Assembly (NCBI GenBank): GCA_963692915.1
Contig: OY843584.1
Location: 1,088,001 to 1,152,000, forward strand
Direction of reading: 5' to 3'
DNA length: 64,000 nucleotides
Source: Cenarchaeum sp.
GTDB taxonomy: Archaea; Thermoproteota; Nitrososphaeria; Nitrososphaerales; Nitrosopumilaceae
Shown: in pieces, positions 1 through 15,000 of the stretch
Position numbering within the stretch: the first letter of the stretch is position 1
Layout of the letters: the number at the start of each line of letters is the position of its first letter
Position numbers and translations under genes: made by a program
The notes under the pieces: generated by a model
Told to the model about the DNA's origin: nothing
Databases searched by the model: none
Seen by the model: the letters and a program-made list of their open reading frames with translations, nothing else

Positions 1-3000
1 TCCTCTCCGGCCTCGGTGATGTCAGCAGACGCTATCCGGTACGTCGTGCTCTCTGTCGCCGCAGCCACCGTGAGCGTTATCGTGTTCAACGTGGCGTCAA
101 ATAACGGCAGCGTGGAAGTGCTCACGGTGAGCGTGTCTGTGAGTCCAGGCAGCGCGCTGACTGTGAACGTGCCTACCGGCGAGGCCGAGATCGCCTCGCT
201 CGTCGTGATCTCTATGGTCGTTGGGGACGTGAATTGTGCCCCTGTGAACGTTGGTGGCGCGTCGTCAGTCAGCGTGGACGGCGAGGTCGGAATCGTGTTA
301 TCTGTCGCGTCTCTAAACGGTAAGCTCGCCGGCGGCGTGTAGACGATCGAGGACGGCGTGAGCGCCGGTGATGACGTGAGGTCAGTGGCGCGCGCGGCAC
401 CAAGTGTGAGCACAAGGCCGTCGGCAGACGATATCGAGCCTATTGCCTGGCCTCCTACCGTCCAGTCCGGAGCATAGGGCACGCCGACCACGGTTTCGCT
501 AAAGTCCAGCGCTATGGTCGACGAGCTTGTGAGGCGCGCGCCAAAGATAAGCGGCGCGCTGTCAGTCGCCGCAGTGTCGCGCGTGGCGATATCCGAGGTG
601 CCCTCGGCGAAGAACCCGCCGGCCGGCCTCATGTCGGGCTTTGTGTACGCGACTTGCGGCGTGGCCGTCGTCGAGGAGAGCGCAGGGTGCGTGATGAGCA
701 GGCGCGTGGCAGTCGAGTCGTCCGGTATGGCAATCGGGGTGTCTGCCGTGGCCGCAGTCGCCGTCGGGGTGCCGTCGGCCTCAGCAGTCGCCACGCTCGA
801 CGGCGTGTGCTCCACGTTCATCGAGTCGGCCGTGTCGTTGTCCGTGACCGTCCAGTCGTCCACGTCGAGCGTGCCCCTGAGCGCGTCGCCGGTAAACGTG
901 ACGAGCGTAGTCGTGAGGCTCCTCGTGGCAGCCGTGAAGGGGACATACGTGTACGTCGCCTTCGTCATGGCGCCGTCGCCTATCACGTTGGCCGACGTGG
1001 CGAGGTCCTCGATGTCGTCGGCCAGGTTGATCGTGTACTCCGTGCCGGACGTGGCCGCCGAGACGGTGAGCGTGTACTCGTTGTCTGTGTGGTCCACGTC
1101 TGACACGGTCAGGCCGGTCACAGTCCACCCGTCTGATGCCTCAAAGCCAGTCTCGCCGGTCACGTTCTCGCTGAACTCCACGGTGATCGTAGTGGCGTCA
1201 TCGAACGTGGCGGTGAACGTCGGCGGCACGCCGTCAGTGGCCGCCGTGTCGCGCGTGTCGAGATCAGAGGTGCCCTCGGCGAGGAACCCGCCGGCCGGCT
1301 CGATGCCGGGCTTTGCGTACGCGACTTGCGGCGTGGCCGCCGTCGAGGAGAGCGGATCGTGCGTGATGAGGAGCTGCGTGACGTCTGGGGTTGACGGGAT
1401 CACCGGCGTCTGTTCTGCCGCGCCGCCCGACACGACCGGCGTCGCCACAGTCATCGTCGCGACGCCGCCGACCGCAGTCGCCACGCTCAATGTCGTCAGC
1501 GCCACGTTGTCCACCGCGTTGGCCGCGTCGTTCTCGGTGACCGTCCAGTCGTCCACGTCGAGCGTGCCCTCGAGCGCGGCGCCGGTAAACGTGACGAGCG
1601 TCGTCGTGAGGCTCGCAGTGGCGGCCGTGAAGGGGTCGGCTGCGACGGTCGCGGTGATGCCGTCGGCGGCGATCGCCGACGCGCCGTCCATGACAGGGTT
1701 GTTCTCGACAGGGTCAAGGTGGCTAGGTTTAGCATTCACCGTGTCGGCAAGGTAGCTGGAGGCGGGGCGGGTATAGGTGACTGTGGGCATGTCGTCCACG
1801 CCAAGGGTCGCCACGGTGAGCGTAAAGACCGTGTGTGTAGCGCCGCCCTGCGTAACGTTGGCCGCGTTCAGGCCGCTCGGCGGGGCGCCGTCTACGTCCC
1901 AGTTCCCCACGGCTCTAAAGGCGGCGTTAACAGCGGCGTCTCCCGTGTTGCGTAGCGTCTCGCTGAACGTGACGTCTATCATCGCCGTCGTCGACGTGCG
2001 CGCCGTGAACGTCGGCGGGGCCTTGTCGGTGACGGCCGTGGCAGATGTCGAGCCGGCGGCGGCCGCAAGGTAGAGCTCTGCCGAGTTCCGGAGCGTGTCA
2101 TCACCCGTCGACGGGCGCGTATAGGCCACGCTCGCCGCGGTGATCGCAGTCAGGTCGCCGTCACCGTCGGGGTCGGCCAGGCTGGTGGAGGGGCGCGCCG
2201 CCTCTAGCGTGAGGACGATCTCTGTGGCGTCAAAGGGCGAGGACGGCACCGCAGTCCTGACTGTCGAGCCGGCGACTGCCCACTCGGAGCCGGCAGTCAC
2301 GCCAAAGACGGCCTCGTTGAACGTGATCCTCACGGTGTCCGCCGAGGTCAGCTCGGCGCTGAACGTAGGCGCCGACGTGTCCTCGGCGTACGTGGCAGTC
2401 ACCGAGACGGCGGCGAGCGCGTTGTCCGAGGAGTCGTCTATGCCCGCGGGCAGCGCGACAGAGTACTCGCCGTCAGACGGCGAGGAGATCGTGACTGTCG
2501 CCCTGTCGGTGTTGTCGGCGTGGTCTGCGTTCAGCGCGCCGCCGGGCGTGACGGCCAGCGTGTCCGGCACTCCGTTGACCGGCTCGCTGAACAGGATGAC
2601 GATCGCGCTGCCCAAAAAGGCCGCCCTGGCAGTCGGCGGCGCGCCGTCAGCCACTGCCGTGGCCGTGGCCCTCGAGCCGGCGGTGGCGACAAGGTCGTTG
2701 CCGGCGCCGTCGGCGAGCGTGTTGGACGCAGTCGCCGAGTCGGCCGCAGGGCGCGCATAGACCACGTTTGCCGTCGTGATCTCCTCGAGCGGGCCTGCAC
2801 CGTCTGGGTCTGCCAGCGCCGTGCCCGCGCGCGAGGCCGACAGCGTGAGGACGATCTCGTCGACCGAGGAGGGCGAGGAGGGCGTGACTGAGCTGACTGT
2901 CGAGCCGGCGACGGTCCACTCGGCCGGCGCCGTCGTGCCGCTGACAGCCTCGGTAAACATGATCGTCACGGTGTCAGCAGACGTGAGCGTCGCGCTGAAC

Positions 3001-6000
3001 GTCGGCGCAGTAGTGTCTGGCATGTCCGCCGTGTACGCCACCGTCTCGGCCACGGCCACAAGCGCGTTGCCGGCTAGGTCGAGGACCGTGGCAGGTATGC
3101 TTACGGCATAGTCCCCGTCCGCGCTGGCGTTGACGTCGACTGTGACAGTCATGCCGCTCGCCGTCGCACCGTACGGCGTCGGGACTCCAGACGGCGGCGT
3201 GACCATTATGTCACCGGTGACCGTGACGTTCTCGCTGAACGTGAGGACGATGTCATTGCCGGCAAACGCCGAGCTCACAAACGTCGGCGCAACCTTGTCC
3301 ACGATTGGCACGGCATCAGCCGTACTGCCAGTCGCAAAGCCCGACTCGGCCACCGAGCCGGACGCCGTCGTTATCGTGCCGGACACCGTGCCGTCGGTGA
3401 CCGATATCGAGAGGGCCATCGTGCCCTCGGGCGCCGAGACGCCCACGGGCAGGTCGTACGTCCACGCATTCGCGTCCCCTGAGACGGCGTTCATGGCTAT
3501 GTTCGTGACCCCGGCCCCGCTGAGGCGCGGCCTCTCGGTGATCGCCTCGTTGAGCGTGAGCCGTATGCTCACGTCGTCGTTGAGCTTTGCGTAAAGCTCC
3601 GAGTCGCCGGACTTTTCCACGCCGGCGCTAGCAAGGCCGTCGTACACCGTAAAGGACATTGCAGTCGCCAGCGGCGGCGCGTCATAGGTCGCCGTGGCCG
3701 CCGCGCCGGCGTACGCGTTGCCGGCCCTGTCGGTGACAGTCGCCAGCGCGACAGAGTACGACCCGCCCTCGACGGGGAGCGCCGTGACGGTGAGGACAGT
3801 GTCCTGCGCGTCGGCGTCCCTCGGGCCGGCCACGCCTGGCGCCGGGGGCGTGAGCTGCAGCATGGCCGGAGAGACGACGTTCTCGCTGAACGTGATGACA
3901 AGCGAGCGAGCCGAGAAGGCCGCGGACACTAGCGTCGGCGCCGTGCGGTCAATGGTGGGCAGCTCCGTAGGCGCAGCGCCCACGTGGCCGGCCGTAGGCG
4001 TTATAGGCACCGACGCGTCGGCGGCGTCGGCCGCAGTTATCGTAAAGTCCAGCGCGCCCTCGGGCGTCGTGTCCGAGACGGCGAGGTCATAGTGCCACGT
4101 CGTGTCTACGCTGCCGCCCGTGTTCGTCATGGGCTTGTCCGTGAGCCCGCCGACGTCGATCCTCGGCGTGCCAGAGGCGTCCTCGTCGAGCGTGAGCAGG
4201 AGGCGGATCGTCTCGCCCTCTTTTGCGTGCAGCGCATAGTCGCCGCCCTTTAGCGTGTTGGTGCCCGGGGCCGACGTGTGGACCTCAAAGGAGATCGAGT
4301 CGGCCCTCGGCGGCGCGCCGAACTTGGCGCCTCCCGGCACGGCCGTGTTGGCGGTCAGGCCGTTCCCCCCCTCGTCGTCTATCCCGCTCAGGATCAGGGC
4401 GTACGTGCCCGTGGCCACACTGTCGTGCAGCGCGAAGCGCAGGCCGGTGTTCGGCCCGTGCTCGGTACCTGGCGGATCAAAGGGGTTGGGGGCCGTCGCC
4501 GTGGACTCTGGCGCCGTGCCCGTGGTGACCTCGGCGCCGTTGGCGGTGACCGACAGGGGGAGGGTGGTGGGCCTCACGACTGCCTCGCTAAAGATGACCT
4601 CGACGGCGTTGGCCGCCGTAAAGCTGCCCTCCACAGGGGCCGGCGGCGCGCCGTCGGCGGCGGTGACGGGGCTCATGCCAGTCGAGTCCACCGCGTTGCC
4701 GACCCTGTCGGCCAGGAGCGCCTGCCCCATGGCCAGATCGGACTCGGCCGGCCGCACGTACGAGACCTCCGGCGTCGAGGCCGTCGAGGGGAGATCGCCG
4801 TGGTGGAGGATCACCGTGAGCTCCCCGCGCGGCCCTGTCGTGTCTGCGCCCATTGGCGCCCCGCCGGGCAGGTTCACGCTCGTGACGGTGGGCGTGGAGC
4901 CCCCGTCCGAGACTGACCAGTCGGCCGCGCGCGCCGTGCCCACGATCGGCTCGGCGAAGGAGAGCGCCGTGCGCCCCGGGGCCTGCGTCCTGGCCGTGAA
5001 CGCCGGCGGCGTGGTGTCCTCCACGGCAGACGAGGTCCCGTCGGCCAGCGCGTTGCCGGCCGCGTCGACTAGCGAGCCGGCCCTGGCCGTCTCGCCGTCC
5101 GACGGGACGTCGAGCGTGAGCGTGATCGGCCTGTCCGCGTTGAAGATGTTATAGCTGGGGTCGAACCGTCCAACGCCCGCCGCGGGCACGACCGTGGCGG
5201 TGCCGGCGTCCAGGTCAACGGTGGCCGTCGCGGCGCCCAGCGTGGCGTCGGCGGTGTCCCCGAGGTTCCTCCCGCTGAACGTCCAGTCGGCCTCTGTCGG
5301 CAGCGTCTTGCCGGTGGCCATCGAGACGGTCTCGGAGAAGGTCACGGTGTGGACGGGGCTAGCGGTGCCGGTCAGCGGCCTCTCTACGGTGAACGTCGGC
5401 GGCGCGCCGTCAGTGGCCGCCGTGCCGCGCGTGGCGACCTCGGATGTGCCCTCGGCGAGGAACCCGCCAGTCGGCCTGTCGTCAGGCTTTGTGTACGCGA
5501 CGTTCGGCGTGGCCGCCGTCGAGGAGAGCGGATCGTGCGTGATGAGGAGCTGCGTGACGTCTGGGGTTGACGGGATCACCGGCGTCTGTTCTGACGCGCC
5601 GCCCTGCACGGCCGGCGTCGCCACAGTCGTCGTCGCGACGCCGCTGAGCGCAGTCGCCACGCTCAATGTCGTCAGCGCCACGTTGTCCGCAGAATCAGTC
5701 GCGTCGTTCTCGGTGACCGTCCAGTCGTCCACGTCGAGCGTGCCGGCGAGCGCGGCTCCGTTGAACGTGACGAGCGTAGTCGTGAGGCTCGCAGTGGCGG
5801 CCGTGAAGGGGTCTACGATGGTCGCGGCTATGCCGTCAGAGGCTATCGCCGACTCGCCGTCCATGACAGGGTTGTTCTCGGCAGGGTCTGTGCTGCTAGA
5901 GCCGGCCTTCACCGCGTCGGCGAGGTAGCTGGAGGCGGGGCGGGTATAGGTGACCGTGGGCATGTCGTCCACGCCAAGGGTCGCCACGGTGAGCGTAAAG

Positions 6001-9000
6001 ACCGTGTATGTAGCGCCGTCCCGCGTAACGTTTTCCGCGGTCAGGGCGCTCGGCGGGGCGCCGTCCACGGCCCAGTGCCCCACGGCTCTAAAGGTGGCGC
6101 CAGCATCGGCGGATCCCGTGTTACGCATCGTCTCGCTGAACGTGACGGCCATCATCGTCGTCGTCAACGTGCGCGCCGTGAACGTCGGCGGGGCCTTGTC
6201 GGTGACGGCCGTGGCAGATGTCGAGCCGGCGGCGGCCGCAAGGCGGAGCTCCGCCGAGTTCCGGAGCGTGTCATCGCCCGTCGACGGGCGCGTATAGGCC
6301 ACGCTCGCCGCGGTGATCTCCGCCAGGTCGCCAGCACCGTCGGGGTCGTCCAGGCTGGTGTAGGGGCGCGCCGGGTCTAGCGTGAGGACGATCTCCGTGG
6401 CGTCAAAGGGCGAGGACGGCACCGCAGTCCTGACTGTCGAGCCGGCGACTGCCCACTCGGAGCCGGCAGTCACGCCAAAGACGGCCTCGTTGAACGTGAT
6501 CCTCACGGTCTGCGCCGAGGTCAGCTCGGCGCTGAACGTCGGCGCCGACGTGTCCTCGGCGTACGTGGCAGTCACCGGGGCGGCGGCGAGCGCGTTGTCC
6601 GAGGCGTCGTCTATGCCCGCAGGCAGCGCGACAGAGTACCCGCCGGCAGCCGGCGAGGAGATCGCGACTGTCGCCCTGTCGGTGTTGTCGGTGTGGTCTG
6701 TGCCAGTCGGACCGGCAGTGACAGTCGAGCCGGCCGGTGGCGTGAGGGCAAGCGTGTCCGGCACGCCGTTGACCGGCTCGCTGAACAGGATGACGATCGC
6801 GCTGCCCAAAAAGGCCGCCCTGGCAGTCGGCGGCGCGCCGTCGGCCACTGCGGTGGCCGTGGCCGTCATCCCGGCTGCGGCAAGGTCGTTGCCGGCGCCG
6901 TCGGCGAGCGTGTTGGAAGCAGTCGCCGAGTCGGCCGCAGGGCGCGCATAGACCACGCTCGCCGTCGTGATCTCCTCGAGCGGGCCATCACCGTCGGGGT
7001 CGGCCAGTGCCGTGCCCGCGCGCGAGGCCGACAGCGTGAGGACGATCTCGTCAACCGAGGACGGCGAGGAGGGCGTGACCGCGCTGACTGTAGAGCCGGC
7101 GACTGTCCACTCGGCAGGCGCCGTCGTGCCGTCGACATCCTCGGTGAACGTGATCGTCACGGTGGTCGCAGACGTGAGGCTTGCGCTGAACGTCGGCGGA
7201 GTCGTGTCCGCCGGCGCCGTGTACGTCGCGCTCGCCGTGGCGCCCGTGGCAAACGCGTTGCCGGCGAGGTCGGCCAGGCCCGCCGGCAGCGTGACTGTGT
7301 GCTCGACCGCGTCCGCGTCGGCGGCCAGCGTGAGCGTGATCGTGCGGGCCGTGGCGTCATAGTCGACGGGCTTTACCGGCGGGCGGGCCGCAGGATCCGC
7401 CGTGGCCAGCAGGACGTCCTCGGCGACGCCGTCCGAGTCGGTGTCCGGCACCGTCACGCCGAACGTGTAGCCCTCCACCTGCGCCTGCGTGTTGAGGAGC
7501 GCCTCGCCTGCCGTGATGACGAGCGTCCTGGCCGCCGTGAACCCCGCAGTCGCCGTCGGCGCAGTCAGGTCTATGGTCGGCACGGTGACGGTGACTCCCG
7601 CGCCCAGGCCGGCGTCCTGCGTGATGGGCTCCGAGTTGTTCGCCGCGTCGGCGGCCATGATCGTGAACGCATAGGCCGCCTCAGTCCAGGAGGACGTCAC
7701 GAGCAGGTCGTGGCGCCACGTCGTGGCCAGCGTGTCGCCGTTGTTGTCCATCGCGGTCCCCGCCGCCGTCCGGCCGTCCACCTCTATCGTCGGCGTGCCG
7801 GCGGCGTCCTCGTTGAGCGTCAGTATCAGGCGGATCGTGTCCCCGTCGCTTGCGCGCAGCGCGCTGTCGCCGGACTTTAGCGTGTCGGCGCCCGGCGCGC
7901 CGTCGTGCACCTCGAATAGTATCGAGCTTGCGACCGGCTCAGACGTGTCCGGCGCCGTGTACGTCGCAGTGTCAGACTCTGTGGAGAGAACCCTGTTTGC
8001 CGTCGGCGTGACTATGTCGTCGATCATGTCTGCTGCGTTGATCGTGTACTCTGTGCCGGGCACCACGTCGGACACCGTGAGCGTGTACGTGGGGGAGGCA
8101 AACCCGACATTGCTCACCGTGAGGCTGGCAGAGCCGACCACCACGGACCATCCCTCCGGCCCTGTCGTCAGGTCACTCGTCACGGCCTCGCTAAAGGTCA
8201 CCGATATCTTGTCGGCCGCCGTGAACGTGGCGCTCATTATCTCCGGCCTTAGGGCGTCAGTCGCAGCCACTGTGGCCGCAGACGTCGCGGAGTCAAGCGC
8301 TATGGCGTTGCGGGCAGCGTCGACTATGTCCGTGCCCGTGTACTCTACTGTCGGCGCAAATGACGTGTCGGCGATCGTCGCGTAAGTGAGCGTCACCGTG
8401 CTGCCCGAAACGTCGACGCCGGAGATCATAGCCTCCGTCGCGCCGTCCTCTGCAGACCACTCGGTGGCGACGCCGGCTCCCGTGACTGCCTCTGAGAGCG
8501 TGACAGTCAGCATGCCCGTCGTCGCCGTGGCCGCCGAGGAGAGCGTCGGCGCGTCCGAGTCGACTGTCACGTTCGTGCCCTCCAGGTCAGCCTGCGTGTA
8601 CGTCGCCTCGTTGCCCGCAGTGTCGCGTATCGTCAGGCTGAACGCGAGCGCACCGTCGGCATCCGAGGCGGCTATTGTGCGCACGTACGAGTACATGTTG
8701 CCCGCCGCAGTGTCCACCGAGTCGGCGGCAGTCGACGTCCCAAAGAGCGCAATGTCGCTGACTGCCGTGACTAGCGTCTCGCCGGCCGCGACGTTGACGC
8801 GGATGTCGTCGTCGATTCCGGCCAGCGTGACAGTGGACGAGTCTGCCGTCGCGTCCTCGAGCCTCACGCTCGCAGTCACAGTCGCCGTCGGCGCGTCGCG
8901 GTCGATCGTCGGCGGCGTCGTCGCCGACAGGGTCGTCTCGTCCACAGGGCGCGTCTCGCCCGAGGCGGCCGTCACCGTCGCGTCAAACGTGAACGCGCCG

Positions 9001-12000
9001 TCGATGGAGCCTGCAGACTCTACGACATACGTCGCGCGCCACTCGTTGGTTCCTGTGACTTGGGTCATCGTGACTGCATCAGCAGCGTCCGTCTTGCCCA
9101 CAAAGAGCACGCTCACCGAGGTCGCCTCGCCGTCAAGCGTGATCGAGAGCCTGATCGTGTCGTCCTCGCGCGCGTGGGATGCGTACGGGTCAGGCCTCGC
9201 GTTGGCCGTGCTCCCGTCAAGGACCGTGTACGCCACGACAGTCGCCATCGGCGCGGGAGCCGCCGTGTACGTCGCCGTCGTCATGGCGCCGTCGCCTATC
9301 GCGTTGGCCGGCACGGCGAGGTCGGCGATGTCGTCGGCCAGGTTGATCGTGTACTCCGTGCCGGACGTGGCCGCCGAGACTGTGAGCTCGTACTCGTCGT
9401 CTGTGTGGTCCACGCCTGACACGGCCAGGCCGGTCACAGACCAGTCGCCTGATGCCGAGGAGAAGCCGGTCTCCTCGGTCACGTTCTCGCTGAACTCCAC
9501 GATGATCGTCGTGGCGCCGTCGAACTCGGCCTCAAACGTCGGCGTCGCCTTGTCGGTGACTGCCGTGGCCTCGACCATGCTGTTGACCGTCACAAACGCA
9601 TTGTCCGCCGTGTCGGCCAGCGCGCCCGTGCCGCGGGGGGCGTACGTGACGCCCGAGGCGGCCAGGCCGCCAAGGTCGGTGCTCGCGCGCGCGGCGGCGA
9701 GCGTGATGTAGAGCGTGTCTGTGGCCGTGGTGGTCTGCAGGTCGCCAGTCACGGCCGCCCCGTCCTCTGTCAGCGAGAGCGACGCGGGGGCAGAGCCGGC
9801 CACCTCCCACTCGCCAAACGCCGTCGTGCCCTCGACGTTCTCGGTAAAGGTGATCTTTACCGTGCTAGCCGACGTGAGCTCGGCGCTAAAGGTCGGCGCG
9901 TCAGAGTCGACCACGACGTTCGTGCCCGTCACGTCTGCCTGCGTGAGCGTCGTCTCGTTGCCTTCACTGTCGCTTATCGTCAGGGTAAACGCGAGTGGGC
10001 CGTTGGCGTCCGAGTCGGCTATCGTGCGCACGTACGAGTACGCGTTGCCCGCCGCAGTGTCCACCGAGTCGGCGTCAGTGGACGTCCCAAAGAGCGCAAT
10101 GTCGCCGACGGCCGTGACTAGCGGCTCGCTGGCCACGACGTTGACGCGGACGTCGTCGCCGATTCCGGCCGTTGTGACTGTCGCATGGTCAGCACCATCG
10201 CCCTCGAGCCTCACAGTCGCAGTCACCGTCGCCGTCGGGGCGATCTTGTCAGTAACGTGCTCTGCTGTCACCGTGTCGCCCGCATTGGTGGCGAGATGGT
10301 TGTCCGCGTCATCCTGGATCGTGTTGGTGCCCACCGTCGGGCGCGTGTACGTGACGCCCGAGGCGTCCAGGCCGCCGAGGTCGGTGCCCGCGCGCGCCGA
10401 GGCGAGAGTGAGGACGACCTCCGTGGCCCTGGAGGGCGATGCCGGCACAACCGAGTTGACAGTCGAGCCGGCCACTGCCCACTCGCCCTGCGCCGTCGTG
10501 CCGTCGACACGCTCGCTAAAGATGATCCTCACTGTGCTCGCCGAGGCCAGCTCGGCCTCAAACGTCGGCGGCGCGCCGTCGGCTGCCACCGCGTCGCCGA
10601 GCGTCACGGCGGTCCCGCCCTCGGTCAGGCCCGTCCCCCTGTACAAGACCGTCGGCGTCGCCGCCGTCGAGATCTGCGTGTGCGTGATGAGTATCTGCGT
10701 GACGGCGGGGTCTGCCCCGATCGTCACCGAGGCCACCGGCGCGCCGTGCGGCGTGCCGACCGTGTTCGACCTGACAGATTCGGCGGGGTCAGTCGTGACG
10801 GTCTCCACGACCAGCGCGACCAGGCGCGTCCCCACGCCACCGCTCTCCATGATGGACCAGTCGGCGACTGCGAGCGCGCCGCCCAGGTCGCCGCCGTCAA
10901 AGGTCACGATCGTCGTAGTCGCGCTGCGCGTCTCGGCTGCAAACGGCGGCACTACTGGCGCCGGCGTGACCGCCGCTCTCGTCGGCGAGGCCATCGCCAC
11001 GCCGGCCGCGTCGGCCAGCGCCAGGGCGCCGGAGGCCGTGTACGTCAGCGTCGGGCTGCCCTCCGGGATCGGGAACAGCGGCGTGAACGTCGAGGACGAC
11101 CTGATAATGACCCTGTCGGGCACTGGGTCGGCCGCGGCGGCGTGGGCGACCCTGTCGACTGCCGCTGTGGCCGTCCCGAGCGTCACGGCCCACTGCCCGT
11201 CCGCGCCGGCCGGCGTTGCCGCAAAGTCCGCCGCGTCCATCGCCTCGGACATGCGGGCCGCGTAGACGGCGTACAGCGCGCGGCCGTCGTCGTCCGTGAC
11301 GCCTACGAGGGCCTCCTCGGCCTCAGTCGCCTCATGGACCGTGAACGTCGGAGGCGCGCCGTCAGTCGCGTCTGCACCGCCGTCGGCGACGCTGGTGCCG
11401 CTGGCGCCGCCCTCCTTGAGGTCGCCGTCGGCATAGTCAACGCGCGGCGTGGCCGCCGTCGAGGAGAGCGCATTGTGCGTGATGAGGAGCTGCGTGGCCT
11501 CGGGGCTCGACGGGATCGTCGGCGTGGCCGCGTCGCCCGCGTCCGGCGCCGTCTCGGGCGTCGCAGTCACCGAGCCAGAGGCGGCCACCGTCGCCACGCT
11601 AGATATCACCAGCTCCGCGTCCATCGAGTCGGCAGTGTCATTGTCTGTGACCGTCCAGTCCGTCACGTCGAGCGTGCCGGCGAGCGCGCCGCCGTCAAAG
11701 GTCACGAGCGTCGTCGTGAGGCTCCTCGTGGCGGCCGTGAAGGGGTCTGCGACGGGCGCCGTGTACTCCACCGTCCTCTGCACGGGCGCAAACACGTTGC
11801 CGGCGAGGTCTTGGATCGCGGACGTCACATATATGATATAGCCCCCTTCCACCGAAGCGCCGACCTCGACAGTGACGGTCATGCCGCTCGCAGTCGCCAC
11901 GTACTCCACAAAGCCTCCAGACGGCGGCGTGACCAGCAGGCCGCCGCCGCCGATCGTGACGTCCTCGTCGAACGTGAGGACGATGTCATTGTCCACAAAC

Positions 12001-15000
12001 TCCGCGTCCTGGAGCGTCGGCTGCGTCTTGTCCACGACGGGCAGGTCGTCGGCCATGCTGCCGGTCGCAAAGCCCGACTCGGCCACCATGCCTGACGCCG
12101 TCGTTATCGTGCCGGTCACCGTGCCGTCGGTGACCGATATCGAGAGCGCCAGCGTGCCCTCGGGCGTCGCGGCCCCCACGGACAGGTCGTACGTCCACAT
12201 GGTGGTGTCCCCCTGGACGGCGTTCATTTGGACGTTCGAGACACCGGTCCCGGTGAGGACTGGCCTCGCGGTGATCGCCTCGTTGAGCGTGAGCAGGATG
12301 CGAACCGTGTCGGTGAGCCTTGCGTGAAGCTCGGAGGCGCCGGACTTTGTATGGCCGAAGGACGCGGGGCCGTTGAACACCGTGAAGGACATCGCAGTCG
12401 CCAGCGGAGGCGCGTCATAGGGCGCAGTTGCGGCCGCGCCGGCGTACGCGTTGCCGGCCCTGTCGGTGACGCCCGCCAGCGCCACAGAGTATGTCCCGCC
12501 CTCGGCGGGGAGTGCCGTGACGGTGACTGCCGCGCCGCTGGCGTCGGCGGCCCTCGGGCCGGCCATGCCTGGCGCCGGCGGCGTGAGCTGCAGCGTGGCC
12601 GGAGAGACGACGTTCTCGCTGAACGTGATGACAAGCGAGGCGCCCGAGAACGCCGCAGACACTAGCGTCGGCGCCGTGCGGTCAATGGTGGGCAGCGGCG
12701 CCGGCGCGGCGCCCACGTGGCCGGCCGTAGGCGTTATCGGCACGGACACGCCGTCGGCGTTGGCCGCAGTTATCTCAAAGTCCAGCTCTCCCTCGGTCGT
12801 CGTGGCCGACACGAGGAGGTCATAGCGCCACGTGCTCGCGTCGCCGTCTCCCCTGTCGTCCATCGAGGCTCCAGTCGTGCCGGCCACGTCTATGGTCGGC
12901 GTGTCCGAGACGTCCTCGTCGAGCGTTAGCAGGAGGCGGACAGTCTCGCCCATCCTTGCGTGCAGCGGATAGTCACCGGCCTTTAGCGTGTCGGCGCCGG
13001 GGGCCGACGTGTGAACCTCAAAGGAGATCGTCTCGGCCCTCGGCGGCACGTCATAGGCCGCCACATACGTGTCGCCTCCCACACGCGTGTTGTCGTCCAA
13101 GGAGTTGTCTGCCGCGTCTTCTATCTCGCTCAGGGTCAGGGCGTACGTGCCCTCGGCCACAGGCGCGGCCAGCGTGAACCTCAGGCCAGTGCCCGGCCCA
13201 TAGCCCTCGTCGGCGGGGTCAAAGAGGTCGCCCGCGTTGTCGACGCTGCCCGTGGTGACCGCCGTGCCGATCACGGTGCCGGCCACGCTGGAGACCGTTA
13301 GGCGCTCGCCGTCGGGCTGCACGACGGCCTCGCCAAAGAGGATCTCTACGATGTTCGACGCCGTGAAGCGGCCCACCGCCGGGACCGGCGGCACGCCGTC
13401 GGCCGCCTCGGTGCCGCCGTCGTCGACGTCAGAGCCGCCGGTGCCGCCCTCCTTGAGATCGCCGTCGGCATACGCGACGCGCGGCGTGGCCGCCGTCGAG
13501 GAGAGCGGCGCGTGCGTGATGAGGAGCTGCGTGGCCGCCGGACTCGACGGTATGGACGGCGTTACCGCATCATCGGCCCCTGCCGAGGTCTCCGGCGTCG
13601 CCACAGTCGCCGTCGCGACGCCGCCGGCCGCAGTCGCCACGCTCGATATAATCAGCTCCGCGTCGGCCGAGCCGGTGTCGTTGTCGGTGACCGTCCAGTC
13701 CGTCACGTCGAGCGTGCCGGCCAGCGCGCCGCCGTCAAAGGCCACTAGCGTCGTCGTCAGGCTCGCAGTGGCTGCCGTGAAGGGGCCAGGCTCCGTGTAC
13801 GTCGCGTCTGCCTCCGCGTCGGCGCCTATCGTGTTGGCCGTCGGCGTGGCCTTGTCCTTGATCGTGCCAGGCGCGCTTATCGTGTACTCTGTGCCGTCAG
13901 TCGCGCCAGAGACGGTGAGCGTGTACGTGTCGTCGTCGTCAAAGTCCACGTCAGACACCGAAAGGCCGCCGCTCGCCGACCAGCCCGCGGTAACCTCGGT
14001 CACGTCCTCGCTGAACTCCACGATGATCGTCGTGGCGCCGTCGAACATGGCGGTGAACGTCGGCGGCGCGCCATCCACTGCCACGGGCAGCGGGGCAGAC
14101 GTCCCGAGCAGCGGGTCAGCGCCGGCGGCGTCTGTCATCGAGGCGACGCCAGAGCGCACAAACTCGACAGTCGGCGTTGCGGCCGTCGAGGAGAGCGCGT
14201 CATGGAGGAGCGTGATGCTCGTCGGGGAGCCGGTGATCTGCGTCGTGGTCGCAGTCGCCACCGATGCGGCCTCGCCGGCGGCGATGCCGTCCACCGCAAC
14301 CCTAGTCGAGCCCTCAGTGAGCGTCCACTCGAGGCTCACGGCCGTCCCGCCGACTGTCTCGCTAAACGTGACGAGCGTCCTAGTCGCGTCTAGCGTCCTC
14401 GCTCCAGTCACATAGGGGCCGTCACTAAACGTCACGGCGCGCGAGACGGCGACTAGCGCGTTGCCGGCTCTGTCGAGGATGGTCGCCGGCAGCATTGCCG
14501 AGTAGGTGTCGCCATCGGAGGCCTGCGTGACTGCCAGCGAGAGGGAGCGCGAGGGCGGCACGTGCGTGACTGCCGCGTCGGCGACGTCTGCGTCAGTGTC
14601 TGGGTCATCGCCGTCCGGCGAGCTCACGCTAACCGTCGCTGGCGCTGCGGTGATCGGCTCGCCAAACTCGACGAGTATCGCCGACGCGCCGGCAAAGCGC
14701 GCGCCGGCTACGGCCGGAGCCGTCGTGTCGATGATGGCGTTGCCCGCCGCGCCCGTGATGGCCTCCTGCGTGGCAATGCCCGTCGTCATGACATCCTCGG
14801 CATCGCCGCTAATCGAGTTTGTCACGGACCTAGTGCGCACCGCTGACACCTCAAAGCCTGCTGGCCCCTCGGCGTCAGCCGCAGCTACCGTGTGCCGGGC
14901 GGTCCATGCCGTGCGCGCCGCAGGCGCGGGGCTGCCTGACGTGACCTCGTCCATGCCCGCAGCGACGCCACCAAGGAACGACGCCCTCGGGGAATGGTCG